Below are positions 18,025 to 26,560 of a stretch of 26,560 bases of DNA, in pieces (position 1 is the stretch's first letter; every line of letters begins with the position of its first letter). The DNA comes from Lysobacterales bacterium. Lineage in GTDB: Bacteria > Pseudomonadota > Gammaproteobacteria > Xanthomonadales > SZUA-38. Where the stretch lies: assembly GCA_965212525.1 (NCBI GenBank), contig CBDBVC010000052.1, positions 1-26,560 on the forward strand. The letters run 5' to 3'. The translations under genes were made by a program, and so were the position numbers. Under the pieces are notes generated by a model that was given only the letters and a program-made list of their open reading frames with translations, was not told the DNA's origin and did not search any database.

Positions 18025-19206
18025 ATGTTCGGATACAAAAAAATCGTGATCGCAGATTACGAACGCGGTCTCAAGTTCGAGGACCGTCGCCTGGTTGCCG
18101 TTCTGGACCCGGGTGTGCACGGTTACTTCGACTGGAGTGGCCGTATCGCAGTCAATGTGGTCAACATCGAAAAGCCTCGTCTGCAGCTTGATCAGGCCGA
18201 CTTCCTGATCGCTCATGCCCGCGAGGACATCGCAGCCCACTTCGAGCGAGTCGAGCTGTCCATGGACGAGCTGGCCGTGGTCTATCGCAACCGCCAGATG
18301 ATCGACCTGGTTCCACCGGGCAAGTCTGCCGTTTTCTGGACACTGGACGATGCGGTCGAGATTCACCGCATTGACGTGGCAGAGGAGCTCAGTGTGACCG
18401 AGTCACTGGCTCGTGAACTGCTGGTCTACAACCCGGTCACTGCCAAGCGCTACCTGACCGTTCAGGAGATCGCCGACTACGAAACCGGTCAGCTGATCGT
18501 TGACGGTGTGCTGACGCAGACACTGGCGCCCGGATTTCACGCCTTCTGGACCGTGAACCGTCATGTGCTGGTTCGTGTGACTGATAACCGCGTACAGAGC
18601 CTGGAAGTCAACGGCCAGGAAATCCTGACCCGCGACAAGGTGTCACTGCGTATCAACCTGATGGCCAACTATCGCATCACCGATGCCGATGTGGCACGTC
18701 AGGCACACCGTGACATCGGCGATCATCTGTACCGCGAGCTGCAGTTCGCACTGCGTCAGATCGTTGCCACACATGACCTGGCCCATCTGCTGGCCAACAA
18801 GGGTGAGATCGACAAGGTTGTGTTCCGTCACACCACCGAGGCCATGGCCGACAAGGGTATTGCCCTGTCCAGCGTTGGTGTGCGCGACATCATCCTGCCG
18901 GGTGACATGAAGCAGATCCTCAACCGCGTGGTTGAAGCAGAGAAAATTGCCGAAGCCAACGTGATTCGCCGTCGCGAGGAAACCGCGGCCACGCGTTCAC
19001 TGCTGAATACCGCGAAGCTGATGGAAAACAACCCGACGCTGCTGCGCCTGAAGGAACTGGAAGTGCTGGAGAACGTGACCGGCAAGATCGATCAGATCAC
19101 CGTCTTCGGTGGCCTTGATGGCCTGATGAACGATGTGATCAACATCGGCAAGCCCGGCAAGCGCAAGCTGACCAGTGACAACGGCACCGCCGGGTCGGGC
19201 TCATGA
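18025..19206 (+). CDS. SPFH/band-7 (stomatin/prohibitin/flotillin/HflKC-like) domain protein, about 393 aa, with no obvious TM segment
   Basis: AAGGAGA lies 6 nt upstream. The SPFH core and a C-terminal coiled-coil region (EAEKIAEANVIRRREETAATRSLLNTAKLMENNPTLLRLKELEVLENV) are present. Confidence 0.8.
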   Translation: MFGYKKIVIADYERGLKFEDRRLVAVLDPGVHGYFDWSGRIAVNVVNIEKPRLQLDQADFLIAHAREDIAAHFERVELSMDELAVVYRNRQMIDLVPPGKSAVFWTLDDAVEIHRIDVAEELSVTESLARELLVYNPVTAKRYLTVQEIADYETGQLIVDGVLTQTLAPGFHAFWTVNRHVLVRVTDNRVQSLEVNGQEILTRDKVSLRINLMANYRITDADVARQAHRDIGDHLYRELQFALRQIVATHDLAHLLANKGEIDKVVFRHTTEAMADKGIALSSVGVRDIILPGDMKQILNRVVEAEKIAEANVIRRREETAATRSLLNTAKLMENNPTLLRLKELEVLENVTGKIDQITVFGGLDGLMNDVINIGKPGKRKLTSDNGTAGSGS

Positions 19207-19250
19207 GGGCCGTGGCAAACCCGCGGAATGATCAATTTCCGCAACACTGA

Positions 19251-19282
19251 CCTGCCGTCCACGTGCGTGGATGGCAGGTTTT
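19251..19282 (+). terminator. Rho-independent terminator after the SPFH gene
   Basis: Stem CCTGCCGTCCACG, loop tgc, stem GTGGATGGCAGG (one mismatch), then TTTT. A second perfect hairpin GCGGAA/TTCCGC lies just upstream. Confidence 0.6.
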
Positions 19283-19396
19283 CATGGACTATGACTGCCA
19301 TACCAAATTCAGAATCGAACAATGCGTCCGAATCCGTGCAGACTCATGTACTCACTGTAAGACGATTTCAGCACTGAACCAATGACACTGAATCAT

Positions 19397-19442
19397 GCTG
19401 ACTGTTCGTCAGCCACGCTGTCATTCCCGCGAAGGCGGGAAT
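19397..19442. repeat. Two adjacent perfect palindromic hairpins (GCTGAC-tgttc-GTCAGC and ATTCCCGC-gaag-GCGGGAAT), REP-like intergenic element
   Basis: Perfect 6-bp and 8-bp inverted repeats with 4-5 nt loops. No T-run follows. Only one copy is present in this window. Confidence 0.4.
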
Positions 19443-19505
19443 CCATCCTGATTTCAGGACCTGGACGATAAATCATCCTTGCCGGAAAATGATTCATTCC
19501 CTTCC

Positions 19506-20057
19506 CTATTTCGGATCCTCGAATCCGTTAGAAAAGATCTCGACCGGCAGCACGGTGATCGAACCGGTCTGATCGGCAAAGTTGGTGGGTGAATTGGTCA
19601 TGACGTTCAGATTGTCATCAATCGACATCACGCCATCGTTGGGCAGGTCATCGCCAGTGAAGTTGAGTACGTCCTGCCCTGGCCCGAAATCCAGTGTAAT
19701 ATTGGCCGCATCACGGTTGATGAAATTGTCAGGCAGGATGAAATCCGGCGTGACGGCACCCGGCAGTGCAGCGAAATTCGAGGTGGCAATCAGCAGCCGC
19801 TTGTTGGCGGTGGGCGAACCGGAATTACCAGGGAAGGTGAACACCACACTATTGCCGTCCGATATGGCTTCCAGTGTATGGGCGTTCAGAAACTGCTGGC
19901 CGTTGACGGCACAGAACAGCTCGATGAACTGCACGCTGCCATCGTCACTGGAATAGATTTCAGCGACATCCCATAAATGGAAGGCTGCCTGAGCCGGCAC
20001 CATGGCCAGGGCTGAACACAACAGCAATCCGTTCCGTACCTTCCTCAGATTCAACAT
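19506..20057 (-). CDS. Secreted hypothetical protein (183 aa), possibly lamin-tail-domain (LTD)-like
   Basis: Signal peptide LLLCSALAMVPAQAA with AAGGGGA before the ATG. The motif IAEIYSSDDGSVQFIELF resembles the LTD block ...EWIELYN, but the match is weak. Confidence 0.45.
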   Translation of the reverse strand: MLNLRKVRNGLLLCSALAMVPAQAAFHLWDVAEIYSSDDGSVQFIELFCAVNGQQFLNAHTLEAISDGNSVVFTFPGNSGSPTANKRLLIATSNFAALPGAVTPDFILPDNFINRDAANITLDFGPGQDVLNFTGDDLPNDGVMSIDDNLNVMTNSPTNFADQTGSITVLPVEIFSNGFEDPK

Positions 20058-20336
20058 CTGCTTTTTCCCCTTGTTCTTTATATGTGATCAATGTGAATAC
20101 GCAGCAAGCAGGCTACCGGACTGAACACAATCAGTCTGACAGATGATTACCAGTCTAGCAGATCTTCAGGCGGTAGTATTCGCAGGGCTATTGTGACCGA
20201 ATAAAGGGACTGCACCAGGACCATGGGGTTCTGGATCATGTCCAAATATGAAGCCAATAAGAAGAATTCGTTCATGCCCTTGCACCGGAGGGCTGCGCTT
20301 GGCAGCATCAGCGCAGGAATACCCGTTTGTGAACGC

Positions 20337-21923
20337 ATGAAACTGATCTATCGCATCGGACTGGCACTACTGACCTGCTCGCTGCTGGCGCTTGCCGCCA
20401 TGGCACTGATGACCCGTGCCCAGCTGGATCGTGACTTCCTGGAATTCCTCAACCGTACCGAACAGAACCAGCTGCTGCGTCTGATGCCCGAGTTGCAGGC
20501 GCATTATCTGGAATACGGCGACTGGGAAGCCATGCGTGACGATGATCGACTGTGGCGAGAGATGCTGCGTGACACACGGCCCGAGCAGCGAAGTGAGCGC
20601 CCACCCCCGCGCGAGCATCGCCCTCCTCCTCATCCACGCAACGAGACTGATGGCAGTCGGGACCGGAACCGTCCACCGCCGCCGGGCAGACGCGGTGACA
20701 GCAACCGCCACCCAGCAGATCGAAATAATCGCCAGGGCCCAGGACGCCTGCGAGCACATGGCCCGGGAAGGCCACCGCCAGGTGATCAGAACAATATCGG
20801 TGGCCGGCTGGTGCTGCTCGATGCCTATCAGTTGCCGGTGATCGGCAAACGCGGTGAACTGGACCCTGATCAGTTGCGCCCGGTCATCATCGATGGTGAC
20901 ACGGTTGGTTATCTGGGTATTCAGCCGCTGAAAAACCCCCAGTCGCGCGAGGCTCTGGAGTTTCTCAGCAGCCAGAACCGTGCCCTGCTACTGTCCGCCG
21001 CTATCAGTCTGCTACTGTCGATCGCCGTTGCCTGGGTACTGGCACGCCAGCTGAGCACCCCTATTCGTACCATTGCAGGCAGTATTCGCAGCATGGCATC
21101 GGGCCGCTATCAGTCCCGTCTTGAAATGACACGGCAGGATGAACTGGGTGAGCTGGCTCGCGATGCCAATCAGCTGGCTGTGACACTGTCCGACAACGAA
21201 GTGGCCAGGCAGCGCTGGATGGCCGACATCGCACACGAGTTACGCACGCCACTGTCGATTCTGCGTGGCGAGATCGAGGCAGTTCAGGACGGGGTGCGAG
21301 AGCTGGATGAGTCCATGCTGACTTCGCTGCATGATGAGCTCAGTCATATCAATGGCCTGGTGGATGACCTGCATCAACTGGCCATCTCCGATATCGGCTC
21401 GCTGGATTACCGCTTCAGCGCAGTGGATCTGGTGCAGGAAATCAGCACAGTGACCCAATCGATGGCAAGCCGGTTTGATGATGCGAAACTTGCACTGGAT
21501 ACCGACCTGCCTGATTCCACCGTGATGGCACAGGTGGATCAGAAACGCTTTCGGCAGATGCTGCACAACCTGCTCGGCAACTGTCTGCGCTATACCGAAT
21601 CTCCGGGTCGCTGCCTGCTGCAACTGAAACGAAGCGAAGACAGGCTGCGGCTGGTGATCGGTGATTCCGGGCCCGGTGTCAGTGACGATGACATGGCGCG
21701 TCTGTTCGAGCGTCACTACCGCATCCGGCAGCGCCCGGCGCGTGAGACGGGAACTGACACAACGGACGAAGCCGGCATTGCCAGTGGGTTTGCCCGTGGC
21801 CAGGCCAGTGGTCTGGGGCTGTCGATCGTGCGCAATATCGTCGAGGCGCACCAGGGCAGTATCTGTGCCAGCCACAGCCCGCTGGGCGGGCTTGCCATCG
21901 AGATCACCTTACCGGCAAAATAG
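20337..21923 (+). CDS. baeS: BaeS-like envelope-stress sensor histidine kinase with an expanded Pro/Arg-rich periplasmic segment
   Basis: Two TM segments flank a periplasmic domain. HAMP, DHp (H-box IAHELRTPLSILRGEIEAVQDG) and CA domains with N, G1 and G2 boxes (SGLGLSIVRNIVEAHQGSI) are present. It is collinear with E. coli BaeS. The start was chosen at MKLIYRIG by analogy and has a weak SD. The track ORF begins at 20223. Confidence 0.7.
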   Translation: MKLIYRIGLALLTCSLLALAAMALMTRAQLDRDFLEFLNRTEQNQLLRLMPELQAHYLEYGDWEAMRDDDRLWREMLRDTRPEQRSERPPPREHRPPPHPRNETDGSRDRNRPPPPGRRGDSNRHPADRNNRQGPGRLRAHGPGRPPPGDQNNIGGRLVLLDAYQLPVIGKRGELDPDQLRPVIIDGDTVGYLGIQPLKNPQSREALEFLSSQNRALLLSAAISLLLSIAVAWVLARQLSTPIRTIAGSIRSMASGRYQSRLEMTRQDELGELARDANQLAVTLSDNEVARQRWMADIAHELRTPLSILRGEIEAVQDGVRELDESMLTSLHDELSHINGLVDDLHQLAISDIGSLDYRFSAVDLVQEISTVTQSMASRFDDAKLALDTDLPDSTVMAQVDQKRFRQMLHNLLGNCLRYTESPGRCLLQLKRSEDRLRLVIGDSGPGVSDDDMARLFERHYRIRQRPARETGTDTTDEAGIASGFARGQASGLGLSIVRNIVEAHQGSICASHSPLGGLAIEITLPAK

Positions 21924-21927
21924 GCGC

Positions 21928-22608
21928 ATGACAGCGCCTGCCCCCACCATTCTCGTGGTCGAGGATGAAGAAAAGATTGCCACTCTGCTGATCGATTACC
22001 TGCAGAAGATGGGCAACTACCAGACCCACTGGATCAGTCATGGTGATGACGTCCTGCCGTGGCTGGGGAGCAACGAAGCCGCCCTGATCGTGCTCGACAT
22101 CATGCTGCCCGGCATGAACGGAATGGACATCTGCAAGGAAGTGCGGCGACACTCGAATATCCCCATCATGATGGCCACCGCACGCGTGGAGGAAATTGAT
22201 CGTCTGCTGGGCCTGGAACTGGGGGCCGATGATTACATCTGCAAACCGTATTCACCTCGAGAGGTGGTGGCCCGGGTTAAGGCCATCCTGCGACGCAGTC
22301 AGGGCTCATCGCAACCCAGTGGTGATACCCTGGTGATCGACCGGCATGGCTGGCAGGCCAGATACCTGGGAGAAGACCTGCAACTCACGCCGGTGGAGTT
22401 TTCCCTCATCAGCCATCTGGCCGAACAGTCGGGTCGTGTGTTTTCGCGTCAGCAGCTGCTGGATGTGATCTATTCGGATCACCGCATCGTCAACGACCGA
22501 ACCGTCGACACCCACATCAAGAACATTCGCCGCAAGCTCGAGGAAATCGATGCCGAAACAGTGACGATCGAATCGGTCTACGGCGTGGGGTATCGTCTCT
22601 CGATGTAG
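21928..22608 (+). CDS. baeR: BaeR-like OmpR-family response regulator
   Basis: High similarity to E. coli BaeR throughout (LIDYL, ISHGD, DYICKPYSPREVVARVKAILRR, DTHIKNIRRKLE, VYGVGYR). It starts 5 nt after the baeS stop. Confidence 0.8.
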   Translation: MTAPAPTILVVEDEEKIATLLIDYLQKMGNYQTHWISHGDDVLPWLGSNEAALIVLDIMLPGMNGMDICKEVRRHSNIPIMMATARVEEIDRLLGLELGADDYICKPYSPREVVARVKAILRRSQGSSQPSGDTLVIDRHGWQARYLGEDLQLTPVEFSLISHLAEQSGRVFSRQQLLDVIYSDHRIVNDRTVDTHIKNIRRKLEEIDAETVTIESVYGVGYRLSM

Positions 22609-22706
22609 ATGCGGGCAATCACGAGCCGTTTGCAGAATGTGACGCAATGCACTGTTTTCAAAGGATTTCACACACGCTTCATGCCCGTTTCACGATTTCA
22701 TAAGAC

Positions 22707-22730
22707 TTCTCCACATTCTCTCCGCATTCC
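22707..22730 (+). promoter_or_regulatory. Tandem direct repeat TTCTCCACAT / TCTCTCCGCAT (11-bp phasing) resembling the BaeR box (TTCTCCATnAT), about 65 nt upstream of the peroxidase ATG
   Basis: The sequence match was judged by eye. It sits in the baeR-peroxidase intergenic region and no intervening terminator is visible. Confidence 0.35.
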
Positions 22731-22793
22731 CTTCAACAATTCACCACGCTGAGCTTCTAGTCTGGTGTCACTCTGAATCGAGGAGAGAACACC

Positions 22794-24620
22794 ATGACAA
22801 CAAAACGCCCCCCAAACCACCGAAGCCGTCTGAGTCTGCTCAGTATGGGTCTGCTGATGGCCCTTTCTGTCCAGGCACAACCGGATAACAGTGATCAAAG
22901 CAGCCAGGACGCAGATCAGGCATTGATCAATCCCCTGCTCGAGGCATCCGATGCCGAACGGCTCAACCCCGAAGTATCACCGGCGCGACGCATCGAGCGC
23001 GGCCCAGATGCTGACAATGGTCCGAATAATGGCCCCGGCAATGGACCAGGGAATGGCCCCGGAGGAAATCGACCCGGACGACGTGATGAGCGCACCATCG
23101 ACGGCAGCGGCAACAACCGGGCCAGTCCTCAGGTCGCTGCAGCACATATTCCGCTGCAGCGTTATGTCGAATCCGACTATACCGATGGCGAATCTGCCCT
23201 TGCCGGTACTGACCGGCCAGGTGCCCGTGCCATCAGCAATGCCGTGTTTGCTCAGGCCGAATCAATACCGACAACGTCCCGCACCACCGATTATCTGTGG
23301 CAATGGGGTCAGTTCCTGGATCACGACATCGATCTGACCGATGGCGTGGACCCGGCCGAATCCGAGCCGATTGCCGTGCCTGCAGGCGATGCATTCTTTG
23401 ATCCGGACGGCAGCGGAGATGAGGTCATTGCCTTCAATCGCTCCATCTACATCACGGACGATGATGGCAGTGCCGCCATTCCGCGCCAGCAGATCAACGA
23501 AATCACCAGCTGGATTGATGCCTCCAATGTCTACGGCTCGGATATCGAGCGTGCCGAAGCACTTCGGACCCTGGATGGCAGTGGCCGACTGGCCACATCA
23601 GAGGGTGACCTGCTACCGTTCAATGTGGATGGGCTGACTAATGCCGGTGGCAGCAGTGATGCGCTGTTTCTGGCTGGCGATGTCCGTGCCAATGAACAGG
23701 CAGGCCTTGCCGCCATGCACACGCTCTTCGTTCGCGAACACAACCGCCTGGTCGCGCGTCTGGCCGATGACAACCCCTCACTGAGCGGCGATCAGCTTTA
23801 CCAGCGTGCACGTCACATCGTCGCTGGCCTGATGCAGAAAATCACCTACAGTGAATACCTGCCTGCACTGCTGGGCAATGAGGCGCTCAGACCCTATCGC
23901 GGTTACCGCGAATCGGTCGATGCGTCGATCGCCAACATCTTCTCGACGGCCGCCTACCGCTATGGTCACAGTGCCTTGAGCCCGCAGATCCTGCGACTGG
24001 ACGCGAACGGCGAGGAAATCGAACAGGGTCACCTGGCCCTGCGTGACGCTTTTTTCTCCCCGTCACGGCTGACCGATGAGGGTGGTATCGAACCCATCCT
24101 GCGCGGGCTGGCTGGGCAGTTGCATCAGGAAATCGACGCCATGGCCATTGATGATATCCGCAACTTCCTGTTCGGGCCGCCAGGCGCCGGTGGTTTTGAT
24201 CTGGTGTCGCTGAATATCCAGCGTGGCCGTGACCATGGATTACCGTCCTACAACTCGGCACGTGAGCAGCTCGGGCTGGATCCGATTCCCGAAGGCCGCT
24301 TCGATCTGATCACCTCCGACACAGTCATGGCGCAGCGACTGGAAGCGGTCTATGGCAGCGTCGATCTGATCGATGTCTGGGTCGGTGGTCTGGCTGAGGA
24401 TCATGTCGACGGTGCCCAGGTGGGCGAGCTGATGTTCACAGTGATGAAACGTCAGTTCGAGGCGCTGCGTGACGGCGATCGATTCTGGTACGAAAACAGC
24501 CTGAGCCGTCAGGATCTGGCGCTAGTGCGATCATCATCGCTGGCTGATGTGATTCGTCGCAACACCGTGATTGGTGATGAGATTCAGAACAACGTGTTCC
24601 GGGCAAGACGCATGCCTTAG
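22794..24620 (+). CDS. Secreted animal-type haem peroxidase (peroxidase-cyclooxygenase superfamily) with a Gly/Pro/Asn-rich N-terminal low-complexity region
   Basis: A GAGGAGAG SD and a signal peptide are present. The distal-His signature is WGQFLDHD, the proximal region is TAAYRYGHS, and the Ca/haem block is FDLVSLNIQRGRDHGLPSYN..WVGGLAEDH. A (GPGN)n stretch is present. Confidence 0.85.
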   Translation: MTTKRPPNHRSRLSLLSMGLLMALSVQAQPDNSDQSSQDADQALINPLLEASDAERLNPEVSPARRIERGPDADNGPNNGPGNGPGNGPGGNRPGRRDERTIDGSGNNRASPQVAAAHIPLQRYVESDYTDGESALAGTDRPGARAISNAVFAQAESIPTTSRTTDYLWQWGQFLDHDIDLTDGVDPAESEPIAVPAGDAFFDPDGSGDEVIAFNRSIYITDDDGSAAIPRQQINEITSWIDASNVYGSDIERAEALRTLDGSGRLATSEGDLLPFNVDGLTNAGGSSDALFLAGDVRANEQAGLAAMHTLFVREHNRLVARLADDNPSLSGDQLYQRARHIVAGLMQKITYSEYLPALLGNEALRPYRGYRESVDASIANIFSTAAYRYGHSALSPQILRLDANGEEIEQGHLALRDAFFSPSRLTDEGGIEPILRGLAGQLHQEIDAMAIDDIRNFLFGPPGAGGFDLVSLNIQRGRDHGLPSYNSAREQLGLDPIPEGRFDLITSDTVMAQRLEAVYGSVDLIDVWVGGLAEDHVDGAQVGELMFTVMKRQFEALRDGDRFWYENSLSRQDLALVRSSSLADVIRRNTVIGDEIQNNVFRARRMP

Positions 24621-24743
24621 TGCCTGTCCCCCCGCATCGGCAGTCAGGTCTGATGACTGCCGGTGTGCCTCAACTGTCACGGCAATCGACATGGATGTCG
24701 ATGCTGTGACATTTTCTTATGAAATGGCTTTACTATCAGATGC

Positions 24744-25910
24744 TTAGAAAAGCTTTCTCCAGCCTTTCTTCTGTGATGTGAACTTCTCGATGATGGTCTT
24801 TGCATCCAGTCCATGGGCGTCCACGCGCAGTGCCTGCTTGATGATACGTGGCTGGTCGGGATGTTCACGGTTGTGCTCGAACAGGTTCACCTTCTGGTAT
24901 TGCTTGTAGTGCTTCTTGGCATGATTGAGCACAATCAGGACGCTGGGTTGAGTGCGGTTGTCAGTGTCCTGCGCCAGAATCAGGGCAACCTCTTCGGTAT
25001 TGAGCAGCACCAGGTTTCCGTTCGGGTACATGCCGATGGACTGGATGAATTCCTCGACAAGCTGATCCTGGAACAGAATATTTCGCTGAGAGTAAAGGTA
25101 ATCCATGGCTTCGGTCGAGCTGATCACCTTGTCAGTATAGGGTTTGACGCTGGTCATGGCGTCGTACCAGTCGACCAGACCGACCATCCGTGCCGGCACA
25201 GGGATGTAATTGGCCTGCTTGCCTTCAGGATAACCGCTGCCGTCAAACCGCTCATGGTGATTGGCCACGATCCTGATCACTTCGCGGTCGATGGCCGGTG
25301 TGGATTCGAGGATCTCGACGCCGTGTGCAACAAAGCCCTGAATCTGTTCGACCTCCTCGCGCGTCAGAGGCCCTGGCTTCTCCAGCAGTTGCCGGCGCAG
25401 CTTGGTCTTGCCGATCTGGCACAACAGCGCCGCCAGAGTGACCTGATAGAGTGCCGATTCCTCCATGCCCATGTGCCGGCCGAGCACGGCTGCCAGTACC
25501 GAAGTTCGCACCGAATGCCCTATCAGATAGGATTCATCAACATGCAGCCTGCGCATCCAGATCATGGCATCGGGATGCTGGATGACGCTGTTGATCATGT
25601 TGGTCAGCGGTTGAACGATGCCCTTGACGTTAAGCGCCTGCCCGGTTCTGACGGCATTGATCATAAGACTGGCCGATTGCAGGTATTCGGCATAAACGGT
25701 TTCGGCACGCTTGTATTCGCGGTCAAACTTGGATGGCGGCGGATAGTAATCGGGCTGGGTGGGAATATTGGCGATGGCTTCCAGCTCTTCGGCATGCTGG
25801 GATTCGGCGTCGAAACTGGCCGGCTTCACGGTCTGCCGCTTGCCCAGTTCGGAAAAGGTGAATTCCCCCGTCCTGCCCAGCAGTTCGTCTTTATCCCCGT
25901 TCTTGCCCAT
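24744..25910 (-). CDS. HD-GYP domain phosphodiesterase (c-di-GMP/cGAMP-type)
   Basis: The HD motif (IGHSVRTSVLAA...) and the signature HHERFDGSGYP are present. The start was moved to MGKNGDKDE with AGAGG upstream. The track ORF starts 32 codons earlier. Confidence 0.8.
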   Translation of the reverse strand: MGKNGDKDELLGRTGEFTFSELGKRQTVKPASFDAESQHAEELEAIANIPTQPDYYPPPSKFDREYKRAETVYAEYLQSASLMINAVRTGQALNVKGIVQPLTNMINSVIQHPDAMIWMRRLHVDESYLIGHSVRTSVLAAVLGRHMGMEESALYQVTLAALLCQIGKTKLRRQLLEKPGPLTREEVEQIQGFVAHGVEILESTPAIDREVIRIVANHHERFDGSGYPEGKQANYIPVPARMVGLVDWYDAMTSVKPYTDKVISSTEAMDYLYSQRNILFQDQLVEEFIQSIGMYPNGNLVLLNTEEVALILAQDTDNRTQPSVLIVLNHAKKHYKQYQKVNLFEHNREHPDQPRIIKQALRVDAHGLDAKTIIEKFTSQKKGWRKLF

Positions 25911-26082
25911 GACACACCTCTGACAGCAACTGATCCCGTTCCATGACAGTTGGATCCGCAACACGGCACTGACTGTAGTTTCGCCAGTGCCTGACTCTGA
26001 CACCATAATAACGGATGTGTCCCCGGGGGCAAGTCGACCTGAGAATTGTTGACATTCGTTTTGAGAGTTGGCTCCTGGCTGT

Positions 26083-26560
26083 TCAGGGCAGTCTTTTCTG
26101 CTCCAGCCAGCACAGTGTGCAGAACAGTGTAAACAGTAGGAAAAACCACAATCTGGACACGGGCCGACCAGCAGCGCCAGTGCTCACGGCCTCATCGGAT
26201 ACATTCCCGGAAAGACTGTCTGCACGGGACTGCTGAAACAGCTGACTGGCCATGCGACGAGCCTGGCGTGATTCGCCGGCGTGGGCCGTGGCCGGATACA
26301 CATACACCGCTGTTGTCTGACCCTGGCTGCTGATCCGGTGCCAGCCCGACTTAGTTGGCCAGTGATAGGCGCAGTAGCGATTCGGCCAGATTGCGTGCGG
26401 CTCACCAGTCAGGCTGATCCCTTCACCGGCTTCATCGCTGCCAGATGTCCATCGAATGGTCTGTACTGGTGATAGATCAGCAGAATTTGCTGGCTGCGAT
26501 GCGGCATCATACTGCAGACACAATTCAATGCGGTGATCGAGCCGTGCTACCGAAGCAGAG
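26083..26560 (-). CDS. Hypothetical protein with a C-terminal TM anchor. The N-terminus lies beyond the window, and the frame is open to the window edge.
   Basis: No stop occurs in this frame between 26523 and 26560. The C-terminus reads LWFFLLFTLFCTLCWL-EQKRLP*. Confidence 0.35.
   Translation of the reverse strand, partial: SASVARLDHRIELCLQYDAASQPANSADLSPVQTIRWTSGSDEAGEGISLTGEPHAIWPNRYCAYHWPTKSGWHRISSQGQTTAVYVYPATAHAGESRQARRMASQLFQQSRADSLSGNVSDEAVSTGAAGRPVSRLWFFLLFTLFCTLCWLEQKRLP

Noticed and set aside
21240-21875. 211-aa ORF on the minus strand
   Set aside because: It is antisense to the baeS catalytic domain.
24813-25946. 377-aa ORF on the plus strand
   Set aside because: It is antisense to the HD-GYP gene, whose HHERFDGSGYP signature fixes the real frame. 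It is a shadow ORF.
1-26560. CRISPR arrays, transposases, integrases, prophage genes, toxin-antitoxin pairs
   Set aside because: No regularly spaced direct repeats were found. No ORF has transposase, integrase or phage signatures. The window looks like chromosomal (partly accessory) DNA, not a mobile element.

Overview
The window is 26.5 kb of GC-rich (about 55-60%), gene-dense, proteobacterial-type (likely gammaproteobacterial) chromosomal DNA. It has no transposase, integrase or CRISPR array. Confidently recognised genes are the long-form signal peptide peptidase SppA, a Zn-dependent alcohol dehydrogenase, a fused alpha/beta TPP-dependent 2-oxoacid dehydrogenase E1, the RNA ligase RtcB, a periplasmic sulfatase lipoprotein and one tRNA with a CAU anticodon. 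Further confident genes are an SPFH/band-7 protein, a BaeS/BaeR-like two-component pair, a secreted animal-type haem peroxidase and an HD-GYP phosphodiesterase. Five things stand out. (1) An MBOAT plus SGNH-partner O-acyltransferase cassette (AlgI/AlgJ- or DltB/DltD-like) is riddled with frameshifts and appears to be decaying, while all flanking genes are intact. (2) Two diverged paralogous secreted proteins fuse a cyclophilin-type PPIase domain to an unrecognised Cys-containing C-terminal domain of about 170 aa, and they bracket that region. (3) The rtcB locus is non-canonical: rtcB is followed by a small acidic ORF and an HNH endonuclease instead of rtcA, rtcR is absent, and a 1.4 kb low-coding structured region lies upstream. 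(4) A bacterial animal-haem peroxidase sits immediately downstream of baeSR behind a BaeR-box-like tandem direct repeat. (5) The sulfatase carries CSVSR in place of the usual CxPxR signature and is translationally coupled (ATGA overlap) to a small membrane protein. Gene-start coordinates were refined by hand from RBS context. Non-coding calls are approximate to a few bases. In at least one place (around 9901-9960) the printed line appears to drop a base, so the ORF-track coordinates were trusted there.
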